From Vicugna vicugna (lineage: Eukaryota): a DNA stretch of 64,000 nt. The DNA lies in NCBI GenBank assembly GCA_013265495.1, contig MU058213.1, positions 248,001-312,000 of the forward strand, read 5' to 3'. Each line of letters begins with the position of its first letter. Position 1 is the stretch's first letter. This document shows positions 1-12,929 of the stretch, piece by piece. The notes beneath the pieces are model-generated. The model was not told the DNA's origin. It worked only from the letters and a program-made list of their open reading frames with translations, and did no database searches. Both the position numbers and the translations under genes were made by a program.

Positions 1-577
1 ATATTAGCACCAACCCCCACTGTGAGAATGTGGGAGCCATCCTCTTTTGACACCCAGTCCAAATGTACTAAATGTTTGATATTTGGAATAAGGTATCTGT
101 CTTTGCTCAAAAGGGCATCTGATTTGCTGTACACAAAGAGGTTACTGTCGACACTAACCCTCGAATCAAGCACACTCCCAACTTTGACCAAATCATCAAG
201 ATGAATTGTTTGTTCTAAAGCCCATTCTGACCCTCCTGTAGATTCACATTCAAATATGCAAACATGCATGGAAAATTCTTTAGAAACAAAACCATTTTGG
301 TGGACAGGCTGTTTGTAAGCCACTGCAAGGCGACCCGTGTATGAACAGCTAACAGCAACTGGTCTTCCCACAATGCTCACTGTACTGCTATTATCTTCCC
401 CTTCATCATTCATCAAGGGCCATCTCCTCCAATGATAGATTTCCTTCTCGTCACTTTTACATTGTAGGCTGGTTTCCATACTACATTTCCAGAAGCGTAC
501 TTTATTGTCAGAACAAGTTGTAACCACTAAATAAGGTGCAAGGCACACTGGATAAATTGAAGAGGAACTTAGGTGAC
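1..577 (-). CDS. DMXL2: DMXL2 exon 18 (partial, runs off window): (G)HLSSSSIYPVCLAPYLVVTTCSDNKVRFWKC...HLDWVSKEDGSHILTVGVGAN
   Basis: Acceptor tttcttttttAAG (ct at 578-579 on +). Phase 1 matches exon 17. Frame is open to the window edge. Confidence 0.95.
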
Positions 578-2249
578 CTTAAAAAAGAAAAAGCAGATAG
601 TCAGAATAATAGAACCACAAAATAACAGGCTAATAACCAAAATCTAGAATGTGATCACCCCAAAGTCACTATGAGCTTCTTCACAACTCTGCAGTGCACC
701 CCTTAACTAGTGTCCTACACTAGTGAACTAAATGTCCACTGGCCAAGGCATCTGTAGAAGTCATGAATAAGCCCACTGGTTAAATCAAAACATGCAATAA
801 TAATCAGTTTGTTCTTTTAATTAAACATTCCACTCTAAATTTAATTTTAAAATTGTTTTTAATTAAAAAGTACTTGTTTAAACAGATAATTAAGTTTAAA
901 TGAGGCAAATATTTCATTAAAATAAAACTCAAAAGCAGAAAAAAGTCAACCCTTAATCAATAAATCTGTTATCTGCTGTAATTTATTTATGCCCTCACCA
1001 CACGTGCCTCACTGGACTTTCATTCTACATCTTTTATCATTTTCATAATAAATGCTTAAGCAGTCATTACAATTTGCCCTTCAAATGCCCCTAACCAGCC
1101 CTCAAATCATCCAAATCCTAGACCTACCCCTTCCACAAAAGTTTTCAGTCAGCTAAAGAGACACAAGATCTCACCTTTTTTTTAAAACCAGGTTTAATTA
1201 ATGCTCTCCTCACACTGAACCAGAAACTACATATTTATTCCTGACGGCCAAAGATTAACACTGTCCATCTACTGTCGACTGTAACATGATGTGGGCTATA
1301 GTGATTAAGATTGGGAGCAGAAGGCCTGGATTCAAGTTGTAGTCCATCCATACCTTCCTAACAGTGGTAAAGCCACCTAACACCTGAGCCTGTTTCATCT
1401 CAATAGTAATGATCATGTTACTACTTTCCTTGGAGGGTCACTGTCAAATAAGACATTTGAAAGCATTTTATAAAGTCCCTGCAAAAAATAATTTATCATT
1501 AACTCCAAGAAATCTATTTGAGGATATCCTAAACTTCCCAAATGCTTTGAAGGATTCAAAAACTGACCTCCTTCTGCACTTCCCACAAAAGCCTGGAGTA
1601 AACACACAAAGTGATTTTTCCAACTCTGACTCTACACCTGTCTCAAGGATGGGGAAGAGAACCTCATACTCAAAATTCACCAGTAATTAGAACAGTCTTG
1701 AACTTCCAATTTCACTTCCTCAAAAACACTATTCTATGAATTCCTCGATTACAATTCCATAAGTGACATATTATTTTAAACAGAGCTGCCAGTCCTGCAC
1801 TCCGAACTATTTTATCCACCTTGTTAAAGTCAGTATCATTCTGGGCTAACCAAACTATCATCTTGTACCCTACATTTGCCCTGCAAAGTATCTATCAACT
1901 CTTGTTTAAACATATTTAATAATAGCAAAATGTGGATGAAAAGCCTTAATTCAAAAAAAAGCTTCAATAATTCACAAATGAACACATTCATTCCTTGCAA
2001 TTTTACTATTATAGGAGTCCTATTTATAGGAAATCATAGTGCAGGCAAGAACCCTCATGTTATTAACACTTACACCATTTGCTGTCCAGCTGATTACATT
2101 TATCACAGGAAATTATGTCTAATAAACACATGTTTCTAAAGAGATGCATCATTAGTAGAAAATAAACCTTTATTTCAGTGTCAACCTAGCGCACATTTCA
2201 GAAGAGTTCATCCATTTTGCCCACTGGAGGCTGCTCTGAACTCCCTTAC

Positions 2250-2477
2250 CTGCTGAAGGTGTTGCTCTTATTACTTCTACTCCTACTGGGAGATCAAGAG
2301 GTCGGCTATACACCAGTCTAGAGCTCAGAATCAGCTTACTAGCAGTCTGAAGGTTGGCAATTGATGAAGAATGTGGCATGGGGCTCACACTAGGAGAGGT
2401 TTCTGGAGAAGAGTCTACATTCTTCTGTCCAGGGACTAAAAGTAGGCTCTCTGACGAAACACCTTCTGAAGTTTTAG
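2250..2477 (-). CDS. DMXL2: DMXL2 exon 17 (228 nt): (A)KTSEGVSSESLLLVPGQKNVDSSPETSPSVSPMPHSSSIANLQTASKLILSSRLVYSRPLDLPVGVEVIRATPSA(G)
   Basis: Acceptor ttattttcaAAG, donor CAG|GTAAGG. Overlaps ORF 2170..2388. Confidence 0.95.
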
Positions 2478-2566
2478 CTTTGAAAATAAATTATGAAATA
2501 CATTACTATCACCACCATGTACATGAGTTAGAATAACATTTTGTTAGCATTTAAGAAACATGGTCT

Positions 2567-2637
2567 TCAAAAAAAAATGGTCTCACACAACATTGTAAAC
2601 TGACTATACTTCAATAAAAATATATTTTTTTTAAAAA
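2567..2637 (+). mobile_element. Extremely 5'-truncated L1 (3' tip only) with 14-bp TSD
   Basis: acacaacattgtaaactgactat...tcaataaaaa matches the 3' tip of the L1s at 23118 and 33009. Flanked by aagaaacatggtct at 2553-2566 and 2638-2651. Confidence 0.8.
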
Positions 2638-4409
2638 AAGAAACATGGTCTCTTAAAAGTACTCAGGAGACAAAGTCACTTTTCAAACTTTTGCTCAGTT
2701 ACCTTGATAGACTTTTTTTTTTTTAACTGTTTTACTCTTTCTGAGCATACCCAATTCCATCACAGGGATATTGTCACTGAAGAATCACAGCATGAAAGAG
2801 CTAGGAAAAAAAAACAAGTTATCTCGTCCAGTGTTCTCAACCTTTAAAAACCATTAAAAGCTTGAGGAACTTGTTAATACCATGAAGATTCTCCGGCCTA
2901 ACCACAGAAACACTGACTCAGCTGTTTTGGGACAGATCCCAGAAACCTGCATTAATAAGTAGCCAAGGTGTTTCTGAAAGAGATGGGTCATAAATCAAAC
3001 TCTGATGAGAAATAAGATTAACAATAAGATACAAGACACCTCACTTAATAGATGAAGAAATTTAAACTTGGAGAGCTTAATGATTTTCCTAAGGTCATAT
3101 AATTAGCTAGTGGCAAAGACAATACTAAAATACCAGCCTCTTAAATATCAAGTGTTGAAACAAGATAATAAACAAGATTTTAAGAACATATACAAAAAAA
3201 TTAAAGTTCCACGCAAATTTAAGATAGCATTAGTTGAATGGCTTTGTAAGGCATATTGACCTTGATCTTCTGTCCAAAGAGCTTCCAGCTTTCACATTAG
3301 GGTGGAGTGTAAATCTCTAAGCAGATTTAGTTATCTGCACCTCTGCTACATGTGAAGGATACTTCTTATTACATTTACGTATTTGTATGTCCATCTCCCC
3401 ACCCCTCCACATTAGACTATGAACTCCTCGAGGGCAAGGACGATGACTTATTGCTCTGTACAACCCAAGAACCACCAGAATCCTGAGAGATGATAACCAA
3501 TCTCCTTTTGCTTCTAGTGGATGCTAAGTATGTCGATCTGTTTTAAAGTGGCAGACCACTCAGCAAGAAATATAGAAACATTTTCCATAAAATGGAGTAA
3601 AGACTACACTGTAACCAGTCAGAAGACAGAAATGATACTCCTGGCTCTAAAACTAACTAGATGTGCTTCCTTAGGCAGGGCACTTCACCACCTCTGGCTA
3701 TTTCCTCATCTGCAAAATGAACTACATCATTCCTCTTTCTGTAACCAGGCAATTTTCTTATGTATAAATCTCATGCAGAGAAAGAAAGAGCAGGAGAGAA
3801 AAAATAAGTAAAGGCTTTAGAGCCAGAAGACCTGATTTTTGAAGCTTAGTCTGTGACAAACTAGATGTGGGATTTGGTCAAGTTACTTAATATTATTCCA
3901 TTCGTAAACGTTGAATAATAACCATCTCACATATATTAAGTACTGATGTCAGTGCCTGGTACCTAGAAGGCACTCCAAATGTTGCTTCTCCATCTAAACA
4001 TAAACCTATCACTGCACCCTTTGCCAGGATTTTCAACACACTGCTAAATTCAAGTATCAGCTTTAATGGCAATGCACACCATGTTAAATCTGCTGCACGT
4101 GTTAGAACCAAAAGACAGATGCTTTCTGTCATAGCTAAAGACAGTACATGATTTGTCTGCCTCTATAACCTTACTGTTTGTGACCTTTTACTGCTGCCAC
4201 AAACACAGCAAGCAACCAACTCTACACTGGCCCAGACTGAGGTGAGCAGCAGTGGGCTACTTCCTTCATAAGCAAGGGGACAGAAGGCATCACATGAATC
4301 CTGTCCTACCACAAGGATCTGTTACTACCTCTACTAATCTCTCCAGAACCATTCCAGGCTCTGTGCCCAACTCCAGAAAATACTATATTCTCTGATGTGT
4401 TTTTCCTTG

Positions 4410-4737
4410 AGTGTATTTTGCCAAGTGAAGTTAGTCAGATGGACAAAGATAAATACTACATGATTTCACTCATATGTGAAATATTTTTAAAAAGTATTAA
4501 ATAAACAAACAAAACAAAACACACACACAGATATGGAAAACAGACTGGTGGTTACCAGAGGGGAAAGGTGATGAGGAGAGGACAAAATAGGTAAGAGGGG
4601 GTCAACTCTATGGTGACAGATGGAAACTGGACTTTCGGTGGTAAGCATACTACAGTGCATTCAGAAGTCGAATTAGAAAGCTGTACACACTGAAACGTAC
4701 ATAGTGTTATAAACCAATGTTATCGCAATAAAAAAAA
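4410..4737 (+). mobile_element. L1 3' end fragment (older subfamily)
   Basis: aagtgaagttagtcaga...aaatactacatgatttcactcatatgtg (end of ORF2), followed by 3' UTR and aataaaaaaaa. Confidence 0.75.
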
Positions 4738-6025
4738 CTTTTCTTCCTGACAAGGTGGTTTTAGGTCCCTCTACTCTTGCATTTCTGTGAAACAACATGT
4801 AATGTCAAGAATTAACTCCACAAGCTTTGAAAATGTTTTTAGATTCCCCTACCACAAGAAAATTATGCTCAACTAGGCACAGGTAAAGGTTCTATCAAAT
4901 CATTTGGTCTTTTTAATGCCAGTTCACGACCCAGTTAGAACTGCTGTTTACACAGTTACGTGCTAATGTGAATTACAAAGGGAACAAAAAACATATGTAT
5001 TGTTATTTCTCTGTATTAAATGCTTAATGTGTATAAAATCATTTAAATTACATAATCAGAAATAATAAAATATTTTCAAAACTTTCAAATATCTAGGGTT
5101 AACCAGTTTAAAGCAGATTTAGTTTGATATGGCTGTCCACGCAGTTCTTCATTTAAACAGGAAAGTAAAAGAAAGTAAAAGATTGTCTTAAAAAGAAAGA
5201 TTCATAATCAATTTCTGTACTTCATACTACAGATTTTCTAATTTGCTAAGAACGTATATAGTATGAATGTGTACAGCAGAAGCCGAGGGTGAAAAAGATT
5301 TTATCACTGTTGCATTTCCTAATATTTTACAGAAATAGTACTGCTTATGAACTTAGATGTTCAATCACATTTTTCTAAACAGCAAATCTGCTTCTTTTAG
5401 TCATGCCACAGCTAATGTACACAGTATAAGTTGGCAGTGTGTTATTAACCAACCAAAAAGTACAGTATTAATTCTATGCGAAAAACTGATTTATAGAGAC
5501 ACAGTATCTAGAACAGAGTCATAATAGGCATTAATATTAAATAGTAATTAAAATAAATCAAATTTTTTTCCAATATGTCTAATGTGCCTATTCGCTGGTT
5601 TGCTTTTAGATTAACCTGTTTCATTAATGATTTATGACCCTGTAATTAAAAGTTTGGCATATACATACTTCAATTCAGCAACTCAACTTACAGTTTATTG
5701 AATCTTCATTCTAGAGAATTAACCGACCTAAAGCATATCCCGTAAAATAAATTTATTTCACATTATCTCTGTTTAAATCTGAAATTAAATTACTGGAACT
5801 GGTATCCCTGATTATTATTTTTAAACTATTTTCTCATAAAGTATTTTAAATACACAGAAAGTCATGGATTAATTAATATAATGGATATTTCTGAATCCAT
5901 ACCCTGATTTACCAAATCTTAACATTTTACCAAATTTGTTTCTTAAAATAGCACAGGATTATAATAAAGTCATTTTTGATTAAAAATTTTTAAAAAAAAA
6001 TTAAAATTGCAATACAATTACTCAC

Positions 6026-6145
6026 CTAAACATGCCTGTACGGATTTAAGATGAAGGTGCCACATATGGAGAATAGAGCAATTATTGCTGTCCTTCTCAA
6101 TTACTACTAGAAAGAACTTTTCTGAAAACGGTGGTGGGCGATATC
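6026..6145 (-). CDS. DMXL2: DMXL2 exon 16 (120 nt): (G)YRPPPFSEKFFLVVIEKDSNNCSILHMWHLHLKSVQACL(A)
   Basis: Acceptor ...gacaatag, donor TAG|GTGAGT, phase 1/1. Confidence 0.95.
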
Positions 6146-6465
6146 CTATTGTCAAAGGAAAAGGATATTTAAGTTAATATGTTTACATAGGGTTAGAAGA
6201 AAGACTTTTAAAAAAAAAATCTCTCGATATGTATAAAAGGGGGGAGGAAGAGGGAAGGTGTTCAGAAGCAATTTTATATAATTTTTCTGCCAAACTATCA
6301 AAAACTAATGGGGCTATGTCCAAAGTATGAAAGCCAACTTGAAGGGATATCTTTTGATAAAGATGGGACCATCAGAACATCAAAGAATAAAAAGGAATAC
6401 AATTTATTAAAACATAATGACTACATGGAAACCGTAAGTTCATAAAAATAACAGGAGAGGGCACA

Positions 6466-6550
6466 TCAGAAAGAAAGGAAAGGAAGGACAAGAAGGAACA
6501 GAAGAAGAGAAAGAAGGAGAAAAAGGAAGAGAAATAAAAGAGAAAGAAAG
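6466..6550 (+). repeat. GA-rich low-complexity tract
   Basis: agaaagaaaggaaaggaaggacaagaagg..., almost purely purine. Confidence 0.7.
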
Positions 6551-7634
6551 TGCCCCTCAAAGTAACTGGGGCACTGACTCCTTCTTGGAAAATTGGCAAT
6601 TAAATGGAAAGAATGAAATAAACATATATCCTGCTCTTCTTATATGAAAGTAGCATTTAAAAAAAAATTAAAAGTCATGGGTGGAGGGCCATTTGTAGTG
6701 GTACAGGACTTTTTAGAAATTTCACACTTTTTTTAATGAAAAGATATTATTCGTGGACATAATTTTCTCTGCATTTTTCATATATGAAAATGAGATTGAC
6801 ACAGGACAATAAAAACTTTCTTTAAAAATGAAAACCCATAGATTATATGAAATCATGTGTGTGAAACTTTTGAAAATTATAAAGCATTACAGAATTTAAA
6901 GAATCTTTCATTCAATAAAAATAAACAAATATTTGAAAAGAGAAAAAAACTGAAAACTCGTAATGATAACTCATTGGCAATGAGCACTACTAGAATTCAA
7001 ATGGTGGCCTCTAAATATCATGCTCCATGAAAAGGAATAGTTTGGACTCCAATCTTGCAAAGACTACAATAGAAGTCTGGGAAATCCTGCTGTGCCTGAA
7101 AGAAAGTAAACTATCAAGAACAATGAGGTTGTGGCAAAGACTCAGGATCAACCTGAAAGGACAATGTGAGCCTTGGAATCAAGACTGCAAACTGACTGAA
7201 ATACACTAAGCACATAAAAATCCATGAGCGATGAGTACGTCTTTGTATGTATATTGCTCTTCAGTAAAGAGTTTTTTAAAAACTCAAAATAAAGACAAAC
7301 AAAAATAATAAATTCATCAGTAACCACTGGCAATAACTTGGACACAAACTCCTTCCTCTGAAATTGTCAATTGAAGAAAAAGAACTAAGCACTTACCCTG
7401 ACTTTTCTAAAAATAATTCTATTTCAAAACAGCCAAATAGCTCCAGTTGAGAAGGGAAAGCTTTTCTTTACAAACGCTTTCTAGCTAATAAATAAATGAG
7501 AACTGATAAAATTAGAAAACTAATTTTGCAATCATTAACGAAATAACTGAATGAACAGCAACAATATCAAAGGAAGAAAATGAGATAACAGATTACTAGC
7601 AAATTTCACATTGGAGTCACTACCTGAATGTTCT

Positions 7635-7780
7635 CATTGCCTTTTTGGGTTTTTTTCGGGGGAGGAATTTAGGTTTATCTACTTATCTATTTACTTAAAT
7701 GGAGATACTAGGGATTGGACCCAGGACCTTGTGCATGCTAGGCATGCACTCTACCACTGAGCTATATCCTCCCCCTCTTC
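7635..7780 (-). mobile_element. tRNA-Ala-derived SINE (Vic-1-like, camelid)
   Basis: Reverse complement reads ggggaggatatagctcagtggtagagtgcatgcctagcatgcacaaggtcctgggtccaatccctagtatctcc + A-rich tail with aaacctaaattcctcccc. TSD tacctgaatgttct (7621-7634) / taactgaatgttct (7781-7794). Confidence 0.85.
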
Positions 7781-9953
7781 TAACTGAATGTTCTGAATCT
7801 TAGCATCACTAAAAATGAGACATCCTAACATTATGCTCTTTCTCATATCCTTCTATAACAGACACAGCATCACCTAGGAAGTTGAACCTGGATCTAATCA
7901 AGTCTTAAAAGCTAACTTCCACTTTTCAGAAAAAATTGTAAATGATGTCACAAGTAACTGTCAGACAAACTCCTGTAAAAAAAACTTTCTCTAAAACAAG
8001 TCAATGGCAAGATAAGAGTATACATGGGGATTACTTTAGCTTAAAAGAGTCTTAAAAAATGAAACACAATGTGTGGATTTTATTCCAAACAAATTGATGG
8101 CAAATAAATAACCCTGACATTTTTTGAGACAAATGAATGAAGTAAATATGGACTAGTTATTACACAATTCTGAGGAATTTTGTTGTTTTAGCCATGTGTT
8201 AATAGAACACATATAAGAAAGTCATGTTTAGAAATGCATATACAAGTATACAACAGTGAAACATGATGGCTGGGTTTGCTTTAAAATATTTCAGGAGAAA
8301 AGGAAAAGAAAAGAAAACAGGGTACGTAAAGCAACTGTGACAAAATCTTAAAATCATGTAAGCTATGGGCACAGAGAGGTTCATTTGACCATGCACTGTA
8401 CTTCTATCTATAGTTGGCATTTTTCTTAATTAAAAGAATAATTCATTTTTAATGAAAACTTAGAAAGTACAAAATACAGCGGGGGGGGAGAGGAGAAATA
8501 TACATATCAAATCTAAAAAACAGTTATAAAATCAAGAATATCAGGAAACTCTGCACAAAAACTAAAAGAAAACCAAGAAAGGCATTGGGAAATCTTTTGT
8601 CCAGGTTTCACAGTGACAAAGAAATATCAGAAGAGGTAAATTAAAACAATTTTTAATGCAAGTCTTTCAATTTAAAATATTACTTTAAAATACCAACCTT
8701 ATATAAGCATTGTTTTCTGGTAGGCTGGCATGTATTTCCTGTTAGAAATAGCATGATAAATGGTAGCTAGATTTGTTGGAAAGCATATAAAAAAGTTTAA
8801 CCCAAATAAAGGTGAAATACTACAAAAAAATGCACATTTTAAATCTATAAAGTACTGTTATGCTGTAGTGACAGTGAAATAAAACTGAACATGACAAATG
8901 AATAACTTAGAAAGAAGAAAAGTTCTAATAAATGAAGAAAGACACATGAAAGGGAAAAAAGTCACTAGTATGAGAGGTCAAAAGATGTTTGAGCTAAGCC
9001 TCATAGAAGACAGGCACTCACTCTCATTTTTCCACTAAACAAAAGGAAACTAATTATATAAATTCAGCAGAAATACCTTCCTTAAATGTGTGTACATAAT
9101 TCTGTGATAAAAGCTATAGCAGGAACATTAATTATGTCCTTCTAGATACTTACAATCAATAACCAAATGAGTCAGGGTATACGGAAACCCTTCGTAAACT
9201 AAAAATGGTTCACCACAGAAAATGAATTCTTAAAGTAGGATCTGTCTTTCCTGCCTTCAAATAGAGTGTATTCTACTCAGTGTGTTGTTCTATTTTTAAA
9301 TTTCATTTTCAAATAGAACATGAAAGTTTCATAATTACAAGGTTATAATTTCTAAAAGGAACATTTTAAGCTAAATAATAAAGTTTAAACTAAACATCTT
9401 ATGGTTTGTTCTTGAAAGGCCTTAGAGACAACTACTTTCTTTCACAATGAGAAAAAAGAAACACTAACCCTTCAGAGAGGTAAACTACGAGACGGCACCT
9501 TTAATTCACATTGAGCGGACATGAGGGTCCTGGTATAGCACACAATGTAACATCTTACATCCTCTATTCATCAACAGTGTTTATCAACTTACTGGGAAAT
9601 TTTTAAAACTTATACTAAAATTAATTGGTTTACTTAAGATACCACAGGGAATCAAATCAAAATAGAGCTGAACAACCAAAGTTGATTTTTTTAACAGTTA
9701 CACTAAATTTCACAGGTAATATTTCTTGGCAAAAGGGTATATGTCACAAGTGAAACTGCCTTTCAACAGGTAACTTTTACCCAAACGTGTTCTTCACCTA
9801 CAAAAAAGCAATTCTGACAGACTAACAGGTGTATCTGCCAAAAAACCATGAAGAATGATGAATTCTGATATAAAGATCGATACTCAATGAAAGTTTGGAG
9901 GGTTTTTTATTTTAGATTAAGGTATCAAACTCAAGGCTCTTTTTTAAAAGTAC

Positions 9954-10071
9954 CTTGTGATGGCTGAAAAAATATTTCTGCTTCCTTTTTCTCCACCTCT
10001 TCCTTATGTGGTTTATATCCTATGATGAAGTCTTCTTGAAATACGTGAAGCAACTGTGTATTTGAGCCACA
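9954..10071 (-). CDS. DMXL2: DMXL2 exon 15 (118 nt): CGSNTQLLHVFQEDFIIGYKPHKEEVEKKEAEIFFQPSQ(G)
   Basis: Acceptor ...tatttgtag, donor AAG|GTACTT, phase 0/1. Confidence 0.95.
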
Positions 10072-12244
10072 CTACAAATACGAAAAAAGTAAAGTTTTAT
10101 CTTTGAAATTCCATATCTTCCACCCATTACCTCCACAAGAACCCTAATGTAGAAGAAATAAATCTAACAATTTCTATTCTCCATAGAATGACTAATTAGA
10201 GTGGAAAAGGCAACAGAAAAATATCATTAGAAAAATTACTTTCAGAGATGCTACAGCCAGTAACAGAATTGTGAAGCTCTAATAAAAACAAATCAACATG
10301 TTTGCATCTCAAAAAAAAAAACTTACAAAAAAACAAATTAAGTCATCTATGCCACCACTTTGAGTTCAAAAATAAGAGGTCTCATGATTGACTAGAGAAA
10401 GTCATGCTGACAACATAAAGCACACAATAGCCTCCTTTAGTTTCTCTAATTCCACTTGAGAACCAAAAAAAAAAAAAACCCAGAAAAGTCCTAAAGTACT
10501 TCAGTAAGTCCTCCTAGTGGGAATTATGAAGGATCCCAAAACAGCCGGTGGGAATTACACATCTCTGGAGAAATGTATTTACATTTAGTAATGAGGATGT
10601 CTGAAAGAACAGATGAAACATCAGTCAACTGATGCTACATGACCATTTTTTTTTGAACCACACAGAGAAGAACGGTAAGGATAATCACAAATGACTACTC
10701 AGAATCACAAAAGTCAACTGAAATTCAGGGAAAGGCAAAATCCAAACAAAAGCTTATTTTGAATACCTATAATAGAAAAGAATCTGAAAAAGAATATACG
10801 TGTGTATATGTATTATGGAAGCGTATCAAGACAATTAGATGGCTGCCCCACAGATTTCAGGGAAGGGAAGCAGCTATGACTATCCTGGCTCTGAATGGAT
10901 GGGCTATAGGCTATAATCTTACAGAATAAAACAAATCACCCTCCTTACATAGTAGAAGGAAATAAAAGGACTATAAAGTTAGGCTGACCCAAAAATTTTT
11001 TATGAAAGTTACAGGGTATTTTTATGTCTTTCTATATAGAAACATTAAAAAAACCTTCACATTTATACATAAAAGGTCACCTCCCCTCCAGGGGAAAAAG
11101 AATAAACAAAAGGGAAGGGTGATGCCTTCATGGATACAGAAATCATACAGCACACTGGAAACAAACTTAAAATCAGGTTTTAAACTTTGTAATGTATGAG
11201 CCTAAGCCATCTATCAGTGCTTGCAGATAGCCAGCCCTTGTGCTACAGACAGACACAAAAGGAAGGGGGTAAAATCTCCAATAAGTATGAAGCAAAAAGC
11301 AAAATGCTAGGTGAGAGTGGTCTGTAATAAGATTCCATGGTAGAGTCGTGAAGGGGCTACTGTGGGGAAATGAACTTAACACCTAGTCCATTAAAAAGTA
11401 AGACATTTATGGGAATGAAGCTACTTCACCCTTCTCCACATCCCTGTGGAGTAGAAAAGGGAAATGACAGGTTAAGGATTTCCTAACAGGCAACAGTAAT
11501 TTCATTCTAGCAGCCACATTTCTGTTGCCAAAAGCTGTTGTGGCAATTTCTCTACATTGCTGGAAATTACATTTTCCCCAACAGAATGTGCAAGGCACCA
11601 TGGAAAAATAATGATGTAACTCAATACTTCTTTTTAAATATAGTAAGCTCTTTCTTCGTTTCCTTGTTTGAAAACAGTCGGTAACTTCCTCACCAAAGTA
11701 ACCTTTTTTCATGTTTGGAAAGAATGTATTACTTCTATCCCGTTCAGTCCGTAAATAGGATCCTGAAGAAACAGATACCCTGAGGGCTAGAATGTGATTT
11801 ACAAACTCCCTATAGAGAAAAGGGTTCTCCTTTTTCCCGGGTAGGAGCTGAGGGAAGAACACCGCCTACACAAAAAGCCTTGAGGTTAGAAAGCAAATGC
11901 TTACTCGGAGCCTACTTCCATCTTCATCTTAATGGGTATCATAAAAATATCTAATCCTCAGTCTAACAAGGCAAACACTCAAAAGCGGAAGTCACCATCT
12001 ACTGAGGAAAAATGAGTAATAATATAAAAAGAGAAACCACAAACCAAGCCTCTCTGAAGCTGAACTACACTTTGCTTCATGGCTTCCCTGGCTGAATCAA
12101 ATGACCTTTAAAGATGAAATGAGGCTACAGTCACTATTCAACTGGAGAAGAAGGATTTGTAAATCACTGCAGATTTTCATTAAGGAAATCAAGACAAGCC
12201 GGCTATTCAGTATCAAACAAGAGAATTATTCTCAGGACGAAATA

Positions 12245-12490
12245 CAGTTGACCCCTGAAAAACACAGGTTTGAGCTGCACATGTCCTAAACTTACACGGG
12301 AATTTTTTTCTTTTTTTCTGGGAATTTTTTTCCAATAGTAAATACTACAGTACCACACAATCTGCAGTTAGTCAAATCTGCTGCAGATGCAGAACTGAGG
12401 ATATGGAGGGCCGACAGCAAGTTATATGTGGACTTTCTACAGCGTGAAGGGTCAGCACCCGTAACGCTCACATTGTTCAAGGTTCAACTG
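12245..12490 (+). mobile_element. Tigger2-family (MER8/Tigger2a-like) non-autonomous DNA transposon
   Basis: TIRs cagttgacccctgaaaaac ... gttcaaggttcaactg. TA on the left, TG (probably decayed TA) on the right. Confidence 0.8.
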
Positions 12491-12561
12491 TGTAACATAT
12501 GCATACAAAGCACTCTGGGATAATGTACACTAATATCACCAATTCACAAGCATGCTTTTAC

Positions 12562-12651
12562 TTGGTTGGTTATTGCATCAAGTTCAATAATGCAGCCAGG
12601 TCGAGCAGTAGACTGTTGGCTCACAATATTAAATACTTCTCCAATAAGTTT
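12562..12651 (-). CDS. DMXL2: DMXL2 exon 14 (90 nt): KLIGEVFNIVSQQSTARPGCIIELDAITNQ
   Basis: Acceptor tttttatttacag, donor CAA|GTAAAA, phase 0/0. Confidence 0.95.
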
Positions 12652-12929
12652 CTGTAAATAAAAAAAAAACCAAAATGTTAATAATCAACAATATATGAAT
12701 CTACAGTCAATATGACACAGCATCTTGAACATTAAAGACCCTTCTAAATGTTCACTGATTGACTGAGGCAATTCATATAAGCAAATACTTCAACTTCCTA
12801 TACTCATTTGGATTCTCATTTTTAAAATTAACTAAGCAGAAAAACTATAGTGTTTAAGTAAAGTATATAACTTCATAGTATCTAGTTCTTTTAGTAAGTC
12901 TTCATTTAGCAACCTTAATGCTCCATGAT

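Noticed and set aside
11866..11904. Mini-intron between CGA|GTAAGC (11904) and the AG at 11866
   Set aside because: 39 nt is below the practical minimum for a mammalian spliceosomal intron.
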